33,175 nt of DNA from a virus (IMGVR_UViG_3300027746_000059:1-33175), one strand, 5' to 3'. Positions 9,877-18,864 are shown, counted from the first letter of the stretch. Translations and numbers: made by a program. The notes: generated from the letters alone by a model not told the origin.

Positions 9877-10060
9877 CTACACCGACCCTAACCGCACTAG
9901 TATAACTGGATGGACTTTATGCACAGTTAATAAAAAACACAAACAAAGAAGAGTGAAGCAGGATTTAACCAATATTGACATTGAGCAATTAAAATGTAAA
10001 GATTGTGAAAATGAAAAAAAAAGAATAACAGGAATTTTAAAATTTAATGGCAAAATTTAA
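9854..10060 (+). CDS. Hypothetical small protein, possible Zn-binding
   Basis: C-x4-H...CKDC; overlaps both neighbours. Confidence 0.45.
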   Translation: MIQFLKNNYTDPNRTSITGWTLCTVNKKHKQRRVKQDLTNIDIEQLKCKDCENEKKRITGILKFNGKI

Positions 10061-10307
10061 AATAATTAGCAGTAATGAGCTAACCATTCCTGTAATGAAG
10101 GGGTATAAAATGGCTTGCTGTGATTGTAGTTTGGTGCATAATATTAATTTCTCGATCATAGAAAAATTTGACCACAAGCCAAATGGCACTTTTAAATATA
10201 GAATAATTGACAATAAGGATTATGCTATAGAATTTTCTGCTACTAGAAATAATAGGTCTACCGCACAACTAAGAAAGCACAACAAAAATGAAAACAATAT
10301 TACTTAG
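10047..10307 (+). CDS. Hypothetical phage protein with CCDC motif
   Basis: MACCDCSLVH motif. Confidence 0.55.
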   Translation: MAKFKIISSNELTIPVMKGYKMACCDCSLVHNINFSIIEKFDHKPNGTFKYRIIDNKDYAIEFSATRNNRSTAQLRKHNKNENNIT

Positions 10308-10500
10308 TATTTTTAGCTTCTTAGCGGCTTTGTTTTTTAGCTATAAAAAGGGAGCTTCTAATCAAAAACAAGAAACAGAAAATGAAAACAATGAAAACAC
10401 TTTGGAGATTATTAAGGAGAAGCAGGAAATTAACGAAAATGTTGACAATCTTAGCAATAGTGAGCTTAACAAGTTGCTTATCAAAACATACCATAAGTAA
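10288..10500 (+). CDS. Rz-like inner-membrane spanin
   Basis: N-terminal TM plus coiled coil; overlapped by a lipoprotein gene in another frame. Confidence 0.65.
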   Translation: MKTILLSIFSFLAALFFSYKKGASNQKQETENENNENTLEIIKEKQEINENVDNLSNSELNKLLIKTYHK

Positions 10501-10672
10501 AGATAATGAATGTTTTGTTATTGATAAACCCTTTTTATTTGATGATGAAGTGGCGATTGAGCATTTAAGTAGTGAGCAAAAGCGAGATTATGTAAAACGC
10601 AATATGTTTTATTGCAAAAGATGCGGTGATTGGGATGCTAATTATAAAGATTATTGTAATTCTATCAAATAA
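10439..10672 (+). CDS. Rz1-like outer-membrane lipoprotein spanin
   Basis: Lipobox MLTILAIVSLTS-C; overlaps the i-spanin 3' end. The start could be upstream at 10382 or 10391. Confidence 0.65.
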   Translation: MLTILAIVSLTSCLSKHTISKDNECFVIDKPFLFDDEVAIEHLSSEQKRDYVKRNMFYCKRCGDWDANYKDYCNSIK

Positions 10673-10674
10673 AT

Positions 10675-11058
10675 ATGCCAAAATTCAGTAAAGCATCAGC
10701 TTCAAAATTAGCAACCTGCCATCCAGACTTACAAAAGATATTTAACGATATTATCATCACTCACGATTGCACGATAATTTGTGGTGCAAGAACTTTGGAA
10801 GATCAACAAAAAGCATTTAAAGGCGGTTTTTCTAAGCTAGATGGCGTTATTAATAAGTCAAAGCACCAAGTCAGTAAAAAGCAACCTTTATCCCTTGCTG
10901 TAGATGTTTTGCCGAATCCTATTGACTGGTCGGCAAACGACAAACATACTAAATTTGCGATGGCGGTTAAAGTTGCTGCTGCTCATCATAAAATTAAGAT
11001 TATTTGGGGCGGTGATTGGAAGATGCGAGATAATCCGCATTTTCAACTTGAGGATTAG
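10675..11058 (+). CDS. Endolysin, M15-family L-Ala-D-Glu peptidase (T5 Lys-like)
   Basis: FSKAS..KLATCHPDL, SKH...AVD, WGGDW..DNPHFQL. Confidence 0.92.
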   Translation: MPKFSKASASKLATCHPDLQKIFNDIIITHDCTIICGARTLEDQQKAFKGGFSKLDGVINKSKHQVSKKQPLSLAVDVLPNPIDWSANDKHTKFAMAVKVAAAHHKIKIIWGGDWKMRDNPHFQLED

Positions 11059-11205
11059 AATATAGTTGCATCCTTATTTTTAATTACTAATATTAAGTTA
11101 TTGAAAGGGCAAGCAGTATAATTGAAGGCTTTGTAGGTAAAAGATTGACTTATTGGCGAGCTTGTTAAGAAAAAATAGTTGACTTTTTTTAAAATTTATT
11201 TAGAT

Positions 11206-11430
11206 TGAGGAGCAACGTTGCTTTGGACGCAATATTGTTGCCCCTCTCCTCAGGAGTGGAGTTTGGATATTCATAAGTTATTAGATGCCTTTTGTTTTTT
11301 ATTGCTATTACTGTTAGCGGTGGGGATTTTATATTGTCAGTGCCAAGCCAATACCAAAAGGACTTGGGAGTCAGTTATTTGGAACGATTTTAAGATGATT
11401 GGCTTGTATGTCTTCGGTCTCTTATCCCCA
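11206..11430. ncRNA. Candidate structured RNA between endolysin and nuclease
   Basis: Nested stems tgaggag/ctcctca, tggggat/atcccca, caagccaat/attggcttg and gact-tggg-agtc in a locally GC-richer tract. Confidence 0.4.
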
Positions 11431-11553
11431 ACAATAATTTCATTAATTTCAAAATTTCATAATTATTTGAATAAGTAATTATTTTTTAATTAGGTTTGTC
11501 AAGTATATAAACGCGTAATTTTAAATTGCCGTATCGAAATTTAATCAAATATT

Positions 11554-11961
11554 ATGAAATATAAAATCATTGCCATCTCTTTATTCCTATTCGCTAGCTC
11601 TAGCTATGCTTATGCTAGTGACTTTAAAGTTATTGATGGGGACACTATTGCCATTTTAAATAATAAACCTGATCTCAGCAACTTGCCACTATCTATTAGG
11701 ATATTGGATATTGACGCTCCAGAAATAAAAGGGAAGTGTGATTTAGAAAAAGCCAAAGCACAAGAGGCTAAATTATTTCTTGAAGGGCTTGTCAATAATT
11801 CTAAAAATAAAATTACTTATAAAATAGCTGGTTGGGATAAATACGGCGGAAGAGTTTTGGGTAATGTTTTTGTTAATGGTAAAAATTTATCAGAATTAAT
11901 GATTGCCAAAGGTTTAGCAAGGAAATATCACGGAGAAGCAAAATCTAGCTGGTGCGATTAG
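11554..11961 (+). CDS. Secreted thermonuclease (SNase family)
   Basis: Signal peptide ending AYA; VIDGDT, IRILDIDAPE, DKYGGRVLG and GLA motifs. Confidence 0.92.
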   Translation: MKYKIIAISLFLFASSSYAYASDFKVIDGDTIAILNNKPDLSNLPLSIRILDIDAPEIKGKCDLEKAKAQEAKLFLEGLVNNSKNKITYKIAGWDKYGGRVLGNVFVNGKNLSELMIAKGLARKYHGEAKSSWCD

Positions 11962-11969
11962 GTAATTTG

Positions 11970-12668
11970 TTAATCAATAAATTTAATTTCTTGCGTGGGA
12001 TTAAATAGGCTTTGCTGTTTTTGATGTTCGGTTATTCTAAATTTAGCCTGTTCGTAATAATCTTTGTCTAGTTCACAACAAGTTATTTCAAAGCCTAGAT
12101 TTAAACAAGCAATAACGCTTGACATTGATCCGCCGTGAGTGTCTAGGATTTTATCACCTTCTTTCGCATAGTTGGCTAGAAGCCACTCGTAGAGGCGAAC
12201 TGGTTTTTGTGTGGGGTGAATTTTCTTATCATCTTTTGCGTTATTAATATATCCAAATCCAATCCAATCATATTTAAAGAATTTTAACGCTCTATCAAAT
12301 GAACTCCACGCTAACTCTCCATCGCTAAAATTGGAATTATCATTACCTTTTTTATGCCAATAAATCCAGCCCATCTTAGGAGGTAAAAATTCCGTTAAGT
12401 AATTTCCTCCCCAAATAATCTGATTTTTAGAAACTCTAAACAATTCATCAAAATATTCTTTTTTAGGAATTTCTTTATCCCAATTTTTCTTCACAACTTT
12501 ATTTTTAACTTCTTTGAAGCCTTTGTTTTTTGCTTCCTTTCCATTGGAATAAACAAACTTGTCAAACCCTATCCCATATGGAGGGTCGCAAATGGCTAAT
12601 TCCCAATGATTATCAGGATATTGCTTCATAAATTCCACGCAATCAGTGTTATAAACTTCGCTTATCAT
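11970..12668 (-). CDS. DNA N6-adenine/N4-cytosine methyltransferase, beta class
   Basis: DPPY precedes HPTQKP and a DTHGGS SAM motif; start chosen at MISEV, just after the upstream stop. Confidence 0.92.
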   Translation of the reverse strand: MISEVYNTDCVEFMKQYPDNHWELAICDPPYGIGFDKFVYSNGKEAKNKGFKEVKNKVVKKNWDKEIPKKEYFDELFRVSKNQIIWGGNYLTEFLPPKMGWIYWHKKGNDNSNFSDGELAWSSFDRALKFFKYDWIGFGYINNAKDDKKIHPTQKPVRLYEWLLANYAKEGDKILDTHGGSMSSVIACLNLGFEITCCELDKDYYEQAKFRITEHQKQQSLFNPTQEIKFID

Positions 12669-12669
12669 T

Positions 12670-13122
12670 TTATCCCTGTGGATAGGTAGAATCATAGTTT
12701 TTAATCATTTCTAGTGATTTTTCGGTGGCTTCTAACTGCGTTTCGCAAGTAGTTGTGCTATTCAAACAGCCATTATTGCCATCGTGCGTGCTCATTTGGA
12801 GATTATACGGCTTTTTTAAATCTTCCTTGAACCAGAAATTACCAAATCTAATACTAACTCTTTTAACTCCTTGTAAATTTCCTTCCCAAGCAGAATTGCC
12901 AGTCAAAAAAGGAACTCTGTAAGCTTTACTCATAAAATCTTTCGCCTCTTCTTCACAAGAAAAAGATTGGGATTCATAAAATAATTCATTATTCGCCAAA
13001 TATGCAACTTTCTTATCAGTTGTAATTTGGACTGATTCAACTTTAACTTTTCTAACTTCGTCGTTTTTGATTGAATAAATATCTTGTCCAATTTGGAATT
13101 TAGTTTTTATGTAGTAGCTCAT
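12670..13122 (-). CDS. Hypothetical phage protein
   Basis: IKTKFQIGQDIY N-terminus typical of small SH3-like phage proteins; operon packing. Confidence 0.55.
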   Translation of the reverse strand: MSYYIKTKFQIGQDIYSIKNDEVRKVKVESVQITTDKKVAYLANNELFYESQSFSCEEEAKDFMSKAYRVPFLTGNSAWEGNLQGVKRVSIRFGNFWFKEDLKKPYNLQMSTHDGNNGCLNSTTTCETQLEATEKSLEMIKNYDSTYPQG

Positions 13123-13309
13123 AATGATTATTTTTTGTTGTTAATATTCTTTTCCTGCATAATTTTGCATTCAGCAAAATCATTTTAGCAGTCCTTTCTT
13201 TTGAAAATGCCGACTTCTCAACCAAAGCAAATTCTAACCGCAATTCATATAGCTTTGATTTTTTGTAATAATTGTTAGAAATTCTTTTATCATATATTAA
13301 CCTCTGCAA
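13100..13309 (-). CDS. Hypothetical protein
   Basis: TTG-start ORF filling the gap between operon genes. Confidence 0.35.
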   Translation of the reverse strand: MQRLIYDKRISNNYYKKSKLYELRLEFALVEKSAFSKERTAKMILLNAKLCRKRILTTKNNHYELLHKN

Positions 13310-13993
13310 CTAAAATAGTCGTCCTTGCCTCAATTCATCTTCAATTCTTTTGCAAGATAAATCAAAATATTTATTATCTATCTCTGCCCCAACAAATCTT
13401 CTGTTGTTCCTTATAGATGCGATGGCAGTAGTTCCACTACCCAAAAAAGGATCAAATATTATATCATCCAAAGAGCTACCAACAAGCAATATATTGTTCA
13501 TTATTTGAAGAGGTATTTGGCAGGGATGGTCTAGTTTTTCTGCCGAAACATTTTTAACTTGGTTCACAAACCACCAATCGTAAATATTACAAACAGGCTC
13601 TTCTTTTGCTAAAATTCTTTTATCTTTTAAGTTTTTGCAAGATTGTTTAACTTGTGATAAATCAACTTTTATATCATAAAAAGCTATACCTCTATGTTGT
13701 TTTGGGGTGTGGCAATTATACACCCAAGATATAAATTTTGTTGGATGCCTTTGGGTGTGAATTGAAAATTTAAATAAAGATTCTGGGTAATGTATAATGA
13801 CACATTTGCCAATAAATACCTTTGCTAGTAATTCCAAATATTCACAATCTTTTAATTTATCTTTATAACTATTATAATGATAATTTAAGTTATAAGGCGG
13901 ATCGCTTACTGTGATATAGTTTTTGTTATCTATATCTCTACTATCTGCATTATATAAAACTATCCGTCCGTCCAAAAATTCTTGTTTTATCAT
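13310..13993 (-). CDS. Second DNA N6/N4 methyltransferase, beta class
   Basis: SDPPY, HPCQIP, DPFLGSGTT and GAEID motifs. Confidence 0.93.
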   Translation of the reverse strand: MIKQEFLDGRIVLYNADSRDIDNKNYITVSDPPYNLNYHYNSYKDKLKDCEYLELLAKVFIGKCVIIHYPESLFKFSIHTQRHPTKFISWVYNCHTPKQHRGIAFYDIKVDLSQVKQSCKNLKDKRILAKEEPVCNIYDWWFVNQVKNVSAEKLDHPCQIPLQIMNNILLVGSSLDDIIFDPFLGSGTTAIASIRNNRRFVGAEIDNKYFDLSCKRIEDELRQGRLF

Positions 13994-13996
13994 ATA

Positions 13997-14350
13997 TCAA
14001 CCTTTGCGACTAAAATAATATACGCACTTCTTGACATCCTCAATAGTATATATTTTAAACTCCTTTTTAGTTTCTTCGCACTCTATTATCCCACCATTAT
14101 CGCACTCATAAAGATAATATGATGCCATTTCTGTCAAGCCACAAATTTTGTTTATTTGCTCATCAAGATATTCAACTACCGCAGATTCTATTTTAGTGTC
14201 CATTGCTGTTAAATGAGTTGGAAAATCACCCATTAAATCTGTTATTTGTGCGTTGTGATACCAATACAAATCTCTTCTATTCTTAATTGTCTCTATTGCT
14301 TTGAATAAGCTTGTATGCTCTTTTTGCCACTCTTTAAATGTTTTAGTCAT
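13997..14350 (-). CDS. Hypothetical protein
   Basis: ORF in a tightly packed operon. Confidence 0.6.
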   Translation of the reverse strand: MTKTFKEWQKEHTSLFKAIETIKNRRDLYWYHNAQITDLMGDFPTHLTAMDTKIESAVVEYLDEQINKICGLTEMASYYLYECDNGGIIECEETKKEFKIYTIEDVKKCVYYFSRKG

Positions 14351-14373
14351 TTTGTTAGTTAGTTTAGTTATTA

Positions 14374-14580
14374 TTACAAGGATTTTTGTAATTCTTTAGT
14401 TGCGAGTATAACCGCACAAGCAAGTTGAGTAAATAAAAAAATCATTTGCGACAAATATAAACACAAGCCATATCCATCTGTGATAAGCCATTCAAAATTT
14501 ACAGTTAAAATCCTGTGCATAATTATTTGTAGCGGTATAGCTGTTATTATTAAAATAAAACTCAATATATAATTTTTCAT
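14374..14580 (-). CDS. Small 2-TM membrane protein
   Basis: Two hydrophobic segments; coupled to the upstream stop. Confidence 0.55.
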   Translation of the reverse strand: MKNYILSFILIITAIPLQIIMHRILTVNFEWLITDGYGLCLYLSQMIFLFTQLACAVILATKELQKSL

Positions 14581-15242
14581 TATTTCTCCTCCAATTTCTT
14601 TAACCTTTCTTCGGTATTATTGATATAGTCGGTTAGGGTGCAATATTTTTTGATAGATTCTCTACCATATGATTGATTAACTACAATAAATTGACCATTG
14701 TATGCAGTAGCTATTGAAAAACCACCTCTTCTATATTTAATGAAGCAATCTTCAATTAAATCTTTTGGCAACTCACTAACATCTTTCCAAATACTCTTAA
14801 TCTGTAAAACTTCCTTAGTTGGCTCAATGTTATCTTCTGGGAGTTCTTCATAAGTTTCCCAAAACTGTTGAGAGCAGAAAGTGTCATCAAAAGGCCAGAC
14901 CATAGTTTGGTGATTGCCATCAAAATAATAAGCGTTAAGTATTATTTTTTTGATCCAAAAAATATACTGATATTTCTCTGGGTTATTTTTAGTGATTCTC
15001 TGAATATACCTCTTCCCTACCTCTGGTTTGTGCCACTCCATAACTTCTTCAAAATCATTTTCTTCTAGGAATTGGTTAAAAGCGGCTTCACCACGAAAAA
15101 CATCACAAATGATATTGGTTCCTAAACTAATAAAGCCAATATGCTGTCCTAATCCATCTTGTGCTATATGTCCAGATTCGTATCTAATTTCTGCCTTGTG
15201 AGTAGCCTTATCAGTTCCTTTTTTTCTGTAATATTTTCTCAT
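14580..15242 (-). CDS. Hypothetical protein
   Basis: 220-aa ORF; contains WHKP and WKDVSELP motifs seen in DUF551-like phage proteins. Confidence 0.6.
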   Translation of the reverse strand: MRKYYRKKGTDKATHKAEIRYESGHIAQDGLGQHIGFISLGTNIICDVFRGEAAFNQFLEENDFEEVMEWHKPEVGKRYIQRITKNNPEKYQYIFWIKKIILNAYYFDGNHQTMVWPFDDTFCSQQFWETYEELPEDNIEPTKEVLQIKSIWKDVSELPKDLIEDCFIKYRRGGFSIATAYNGQFIVVNQSYGRESIKKYCTLTDYINNTEERLKKLEEK

Positions 15243-15243
15243 T

Positions 15244-15489
15244 TTATTTTATGTTATTTATTAACCTTATTCCATTATCCAATTTAGAATGGTGTATTAG
15301 TTCAGCACAACATTGACCAGGATTTAACATTATTGTTTCATTTTCAGATGTTGTGTAGCTTATAGGGAAAATTAAATAAAATTCCCCAATTTCTTCAAAT
15401 TGATTTATTGGTTTCCACACCGATGTTACATATATTCCTTTGTGTAAATATTGATTTTTATAAAAATAAATTTCATCTCCTGATTGCAT
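15244..15489 (-). CDS. Hypothetical protein
   Basis: ORF in operon. Confidence 0.5.
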   Translation of the reverse strand: MQSGDEIYFYKNQYLHKGIYVTSVWKPINQFEEIGEFYLIFPISYTTSENETIMLNPGQCCAELIHHSKLDNGIRLINNIK

Positions 15490-15518
15490 AGTTATATAAA
15501 GTTTATAAGTTATAATTA

Positions 15519-16004
15519 TTAAGTTGTTAATTTACTGCCATATAAAGCTATCATTGCCGCTTCTGCCCTTCCATCCCATTTGGCTTTGCACCATTGGTTA
15601 GAATATGCAGGGAATAGCTCTGTTGCCCTTGCTCTTGATAATTTCTTATCTGCTGGCACTTGTAAAACACCCTTCCAAGTCTGTGGGCGGACATAATGAA
15701 TTGGGCAGAAATTAGCCGCAATAATGCCCTGAATAATTCCATAAGTCATTCCAAAGTTAAACATACTGGTTACGCCTTGATTTGGCATTGCGTGGACTTC
15801 CTCAATTATTACAAATTTTATATCTTTAGCCCAAAAGTCAATTAGTTTAGCAAGCTCATACATATCAATCGCATTCTTTGCCTTTTTACCGTTCTTTCCC
15901 TTCTTACCAATTATTAATGGAATTGGGAAGGTTTGCAAATCATCTTCTGAATAAAGAGCTAGAGCACCAGATAAACCTATATCAATCCCTAAAATATATT
16001 TCAT
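15519..16004 (-). CDS. RuvC-like Holliday junction resolvase (phage type)
   Basis: ILGIDIGLSGA, IIEEV..MPNQGVTSMFNFG, PQTWK and DGRAEA motifs. Confidence 0.88.
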   Translation of the reverse strand: MKYILGIDIGLSGALALYSEDDLQTFPIPLIIGKKGKNGKKAKNAIDMYELAKLIDFWAKDIKFVIIEEVHAMPNQGVTSMFNFGMTYGIIQGIIAANFCPIHYVRPQTWKGVLQVPADKKLSRARATELFPAYSNQWCKAKWDGRAEAAMIALYGSKLTT

Positions 16005-16034
16005 TCTATCTCTGCTTGTTTTAATATTTTGTTG

Positions 16035-16421
16035 TTAAAAACCCCAGCCACTTTTATCTCGCTCAAGTTGGCTTGCCTTTTCTTTTTTTATTGCCCACTC
16101 AAGGAAGTTTCGCATATCTTGCTCCGCTTCTTGCTCTGTTTGTCTTTTTGGAAAATGATCCAAACCATATTTTTTACTTGAAAGATAAAATGCTTTTTCT
16201 TGATTAAAATGTTTTTGGTATTTTTGAATATTCTCTTCATCTTGAAAGAAATTCTCAACCGACCAGCAATATCCATAATGAAGGAACTGCCAATAAGGCT
16301 CTCTACCATAACTATAAATCTTTTCAATATAGAAGTGGCAATCAGCATCTTTGTGATGCTCTCCGCCAATTAAATCATAGTATTCTGCTGTTAGTTCAAT
16401 TAGTTCACTTAGTGTTTTCAT
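16035..16421 (-). CDS. Hypothetical phage protein
   Basis: HHKDADCHFYI motif; operon packing. Confidence 0.6.
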   Translation of the reverse strand: MKTLSELIELTAEYYDLIGGEHHKDADCHFYIEKIYSYGREPYWQFLHYGYCWSVENFFQDEENIQKYQKHFNQEKAFYLSSKKYGLDHFPKRQTEQEAEQDMRNFLEWAIKKEKASQLERDKSGWGF

Positions 16422-16424
16422 AAA

Positions 16425-16847
16425 TTATTTAATTGATTTTTTAACTTCATTAATCACTTCGCTTTTGGTTTCTTTAATTTCTTGTTTTAAAATTTCTCCC
16501 AAATATTCAAGACCTAAACCAGATAATTCAGGCAGTTTTTTAATCGTTTTTTGAATATCTTGATTATTAACAATTGCAGGAGCAACATAAATAAATGCCG
16601 CTTCTTTAGTTGTTGGAATTAATGATTTAATGACTAGAATCACAATAAACAACGGAACTGTTATCTTCCAATAAGAAGCGACTTTGTAAAATATACTTTT
16701 GTCATTAGTATCATCTGCCACCACAAAAGATACAATTTGAGCAATGCCATTTACAACAATCAGAATTATTGCAACTCCTGCAAGTCCTTGTAATAAATGT
16801 TGAAAAGAATCTAATCTGGTAAGTAAGTAGGCTTGAAAATGTGTCAT
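16425..16847 (-). CDS. Phage membrane protein (2 TM)
   Basis: YLLTRLD...TM...TM...IPTTKEA pattern. Confidence 0.65.
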   Translation of the reverse strand: MTHFQAYLLTRLDSFQHLLQGLAGVAIILIVVNGIAQIVSFVVADDTNDKSIFYKVASYWKITVPLFIVILVIKSLIPTTKEAAFIYVAPAIVNNQDIQKTIKKLPELSGLGLEYLGEILKQEIKETKSEVINEVKKSIK

Positions 16848-16881
16848 AAAATTATGAGTTAATTGTTAGTAAAATGCGTAG

Positions 16882-16900
16882 AGCCTTATAAATAGGGGCT
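16882..16900 (-). terminator. Short hairpin after the HTH-nuclease gene
   Basis: agcc...ggct stem just downstream of the stop; no good U-tract. Confidence 0.25.
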
Positions 16901-16903
16901 TGG

Positions 16904-17464
16904 CTAGAATTTAAATGTTTCCTCAAAGAATTCTATTAGTTCTTCTTTTGGGATTAAAAAATCACTCCATTTGCTTTTAGTGACATTTTTAGAAATACTT
17001 ATGGTTTGTAAATTCTCCGTCAACAATTCATTAGGAATCATAAAGTGATGAATAACATCATTGCCTTCCGAATCAAAAGCTAATAAAATAAAATAATCTG
17101 CTAATTTTTTCTGTTTTTTTAAAGAAAAAGCCCATCTATTAACTTTGGTAGCTTCTAATTTAGAAGATTTTATCTCTAAACTTTTATCTCCAATAAGGAA
17201 ATCTATTTTTGGTTGAAAGGAATAAAGATTCTGATTAATTGCTGATGGTAATATTTTTTGGATATATTCTTCTCCTTTGTGAGCAAATCTGTCTTTAGTG
17301 CTTCCATAAAGAGCTTTGTCGCCCCTTACTTCAACGCCATCTTTTTTTAGATACCAATAAACTGTTTGCCATTTGATACCTGTTTTGTTTGCCACCAATT
17401 TTATATTTGGTAGTTCTTCATATTCTTTTTTGCATAAAGCAATTTTTTCGTCCATTGAAAGCAT
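16904..17464 (-). CDS. HTH + PD-(D/E)XK nuclease-like protein (free-standing endonuclease / moron)
   Basis: N-terminal HTH (LVANKTGIKWQTVYWYL); GEE...IDFL...LEIKSS...WAF...ADYFIL nuclease pattern. Confidence 0.62.
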   Translation of the reverse strand: MLSMDEKIALCKKEYEELPNIKLVANKTGIKWQTVYWYLKKDGVEVRGDKALYGSTKDRFAHKGEEYIQKILPSAINQNLYSFQPKIDFLIGDKSLEIKSSKLEATKVNRWAFSLKKQKKLADYFILLAFDSEGNDVIHHFMIPNELLTENLQTISISKNVTKSKWSDFLIPKEELIEFFEETFKF

Positions 17465-17497
17465 AGTTATTAAGATAATAGAGTTATTAAAAACCTT

Positions 17498-17526
17498 AGT
17501 CTATTATCCTAATATCTTGATGTCAA
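17498..17526 (-). promoter_or_regulatory. Sigma70-type promoter for the 16904..17464 gene
   Basis: Minus strand TTGACA-17 nt-TAGACT. Confidence 0.6.
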
Positions 17527-17535
17527 GGTTAATCC

Positions 17536-17883
17536 TCAAAAAGGCACAAGGTCATCGTCAAAATCCTCTTGCACTGGTTTTTTAGCATTAATCTTATCAA
17601 CTATCTTTGCCGCTTTCTCAAAACTATCATCTTTCTTCCAAGCCGCTTTAATAGTTCCTGCATAATATTTTAATGGCGGTCTATCAGGATTTTTATCAGA
17701 AGTATATTGATAAATTGCTACTTCATAATCACCTGCTGGCAGTCCTTCTGGTAAATTAATTTTACCATTAAGACTTGGTTGCAACATTGGCTTTCCATCA
17801 TATTCAACAATAGAGCCATCTTTTTTCTTAATTGGCTGACCTGCATTATTGTTTTTAAATATTGTTAGTTTTGATTTTGACAT
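17536..17883 (-). CDS. Putative ssDNA-binding protein
   Basis: IFKNN...P.LNGKI OB-like pattern and acidic tail EDFDDDLVPF; start at MSKSK. Confidence 0.6.
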   Translation of the reverse strand: MSKSKLTIFKNNNAGQPIKKKDGSIVEYDGKPMLQPSLNGKINLPEGLPAGDYEVAIYQYTSDKNPDRPPLKYYAGTIKAAWKKDDSFEKAAKIVDKINAKKPVQEDFDDDLVPF

Positions 17884-17884
17884 A

Positions 17885-18283
17885 TTATTTCCCTTTTGTA
17901 AGTTGATTAAGTAATTGTTCCACTTTTCCTGCCAAGAAAAGAATTTTTTTAGTTTCCTCATCTCTAGCTTCTAGGGCTTCAATCTTTTTTGACTGAGCAT
18001 CTAAAATTTCTTTTAAAGAACTATATGATGATTGTAAGGAGCTAGTTATGGAATTAAAAGAAGCGGAAGAAACACAAAGCCCTGACCCAACCAAGCTCAA
18101 ACAAAAAGCATCAATTTTAGACTTACAAAGTTCTTCAATTTTATCATCAATCTTTTTGTTAAAATCTTGGAGCGATTTTACCTCTTTATCTCTTTTGCTT
18201 AATTCTGTTTTTAATTCAGCAACATAACTTGCTAATTCAACATTGCGATTCTCAAGTGCTTTTATTTTTTTGCTTTCAAACAT
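17885..18283 (-). CDS. Coiled-coil hypothetical protein
   Basis: Heptad-rich sequence; start MFESKK chosen. Confidence 0.55.
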   Translation of the reverse strand: MFESKKIKALENRNVELASYVAELKTELSKRDKEVKSLQDFNKKIDDKIEELCKSKIDAFCLSLVGSGLCVSSASFNSITSSLQSSYSSLKEILDAQSKKIEALEARDEETKKILFLAGKVEQLLNQLTKGK

Positions 18284-18299
18284 ATTATTTATATTTTCA

Positions 18300-18575
18300 T
18301 TATTCCCCCTTATAATCAAAAAGCGTCATCCCTAGATTTTCGCAATAAGCATCAATTAATTGCCTTTCCTCTGTTGCCTTATCAGGATTTTTTCTAATCT
18401 TCAAAATTTGGTTGATAATCTTTACATCAAAACCTTTATTCTTTGCGTTAGCCCTAATTTCTGCAAGGCTTTCGTCAATATCCTTTTTTTGGTTTTGGTA
18501 ATTCTCTATAGCATCAATAATTGCTTTTAATGCTTTTTGAGTGTCCGTTAGGTTGTGTCCTGTGTTATTTTTCAT
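18300..18575 (-). CDS. gapR: GapR-like (DUF2312) nucleoid-associated DNA-binding protein
   Basis: LKAIIDAIE...I...AKNKGFDVKIINQILKIRK...E...IDAY...LGM matches the DUF2312 pattern. Confidence 0.85.
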   Translation of the reverse strand: MKNNTGHNLTDTQKALKAIIDAIENYQNQKKDIDESLAEIRANAKNKGFDVKIINQILKIRKNPDKATEERQLIDAYCENLGMTLFDYKGE

Positions 18576-18618
18576 TTCTTTTAAGTTTTGATATTATTGC
18601 CTCGTGGATTTTTATATT

Positions 18619-18864
18619 TCATTTTTCTATATTTGTTAATTGTTTTTTCTTTAAGTAATATTCCTTCTTATACTCTCTCTGATACTCCTTCCATTTATCA
18701 CTTTTTCTATATTCCTTGTATTTATTACTTTTTTGATATTCCCTCATATATTCCCTCATATATTCCTTTTTTTTATATTCCTCCTGATACTCCTTGTATT
18801 TACCACTTTTTCTATATTCCCTCATATATTCCCTCATATATTCCTTTTTATTCTCTGGTGTCAT
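18619..18864 (-). CDS. Low-complexity (K/R)EY-repeat helical protein
   Basis: EYMREYMREY repeats encoded by 12-nt units; RBS before MTPEN. Confidence 0.65.
   Translation of the reverse strand: MTPENKKEYMREYMREYRKSGKYKEYQEEYKKKEYMREYMREYQKSNKYKEYRKSDKWKEYQREYKKEYYLKKKQLTNIEK

Noticed and set aside
11218-11478. 86-aa plus-strand ORF
   Set aside because: TTG start and no recognisable motif; it overlaps nested stems better explained as RNA structure. Not fully excluded, because a GAGGAG lies upstream.
11970-13993. Complete restriction-modification system
   Set aside because: No adjacent restriction endonuclease recognised; orphan MTases are common in phages.
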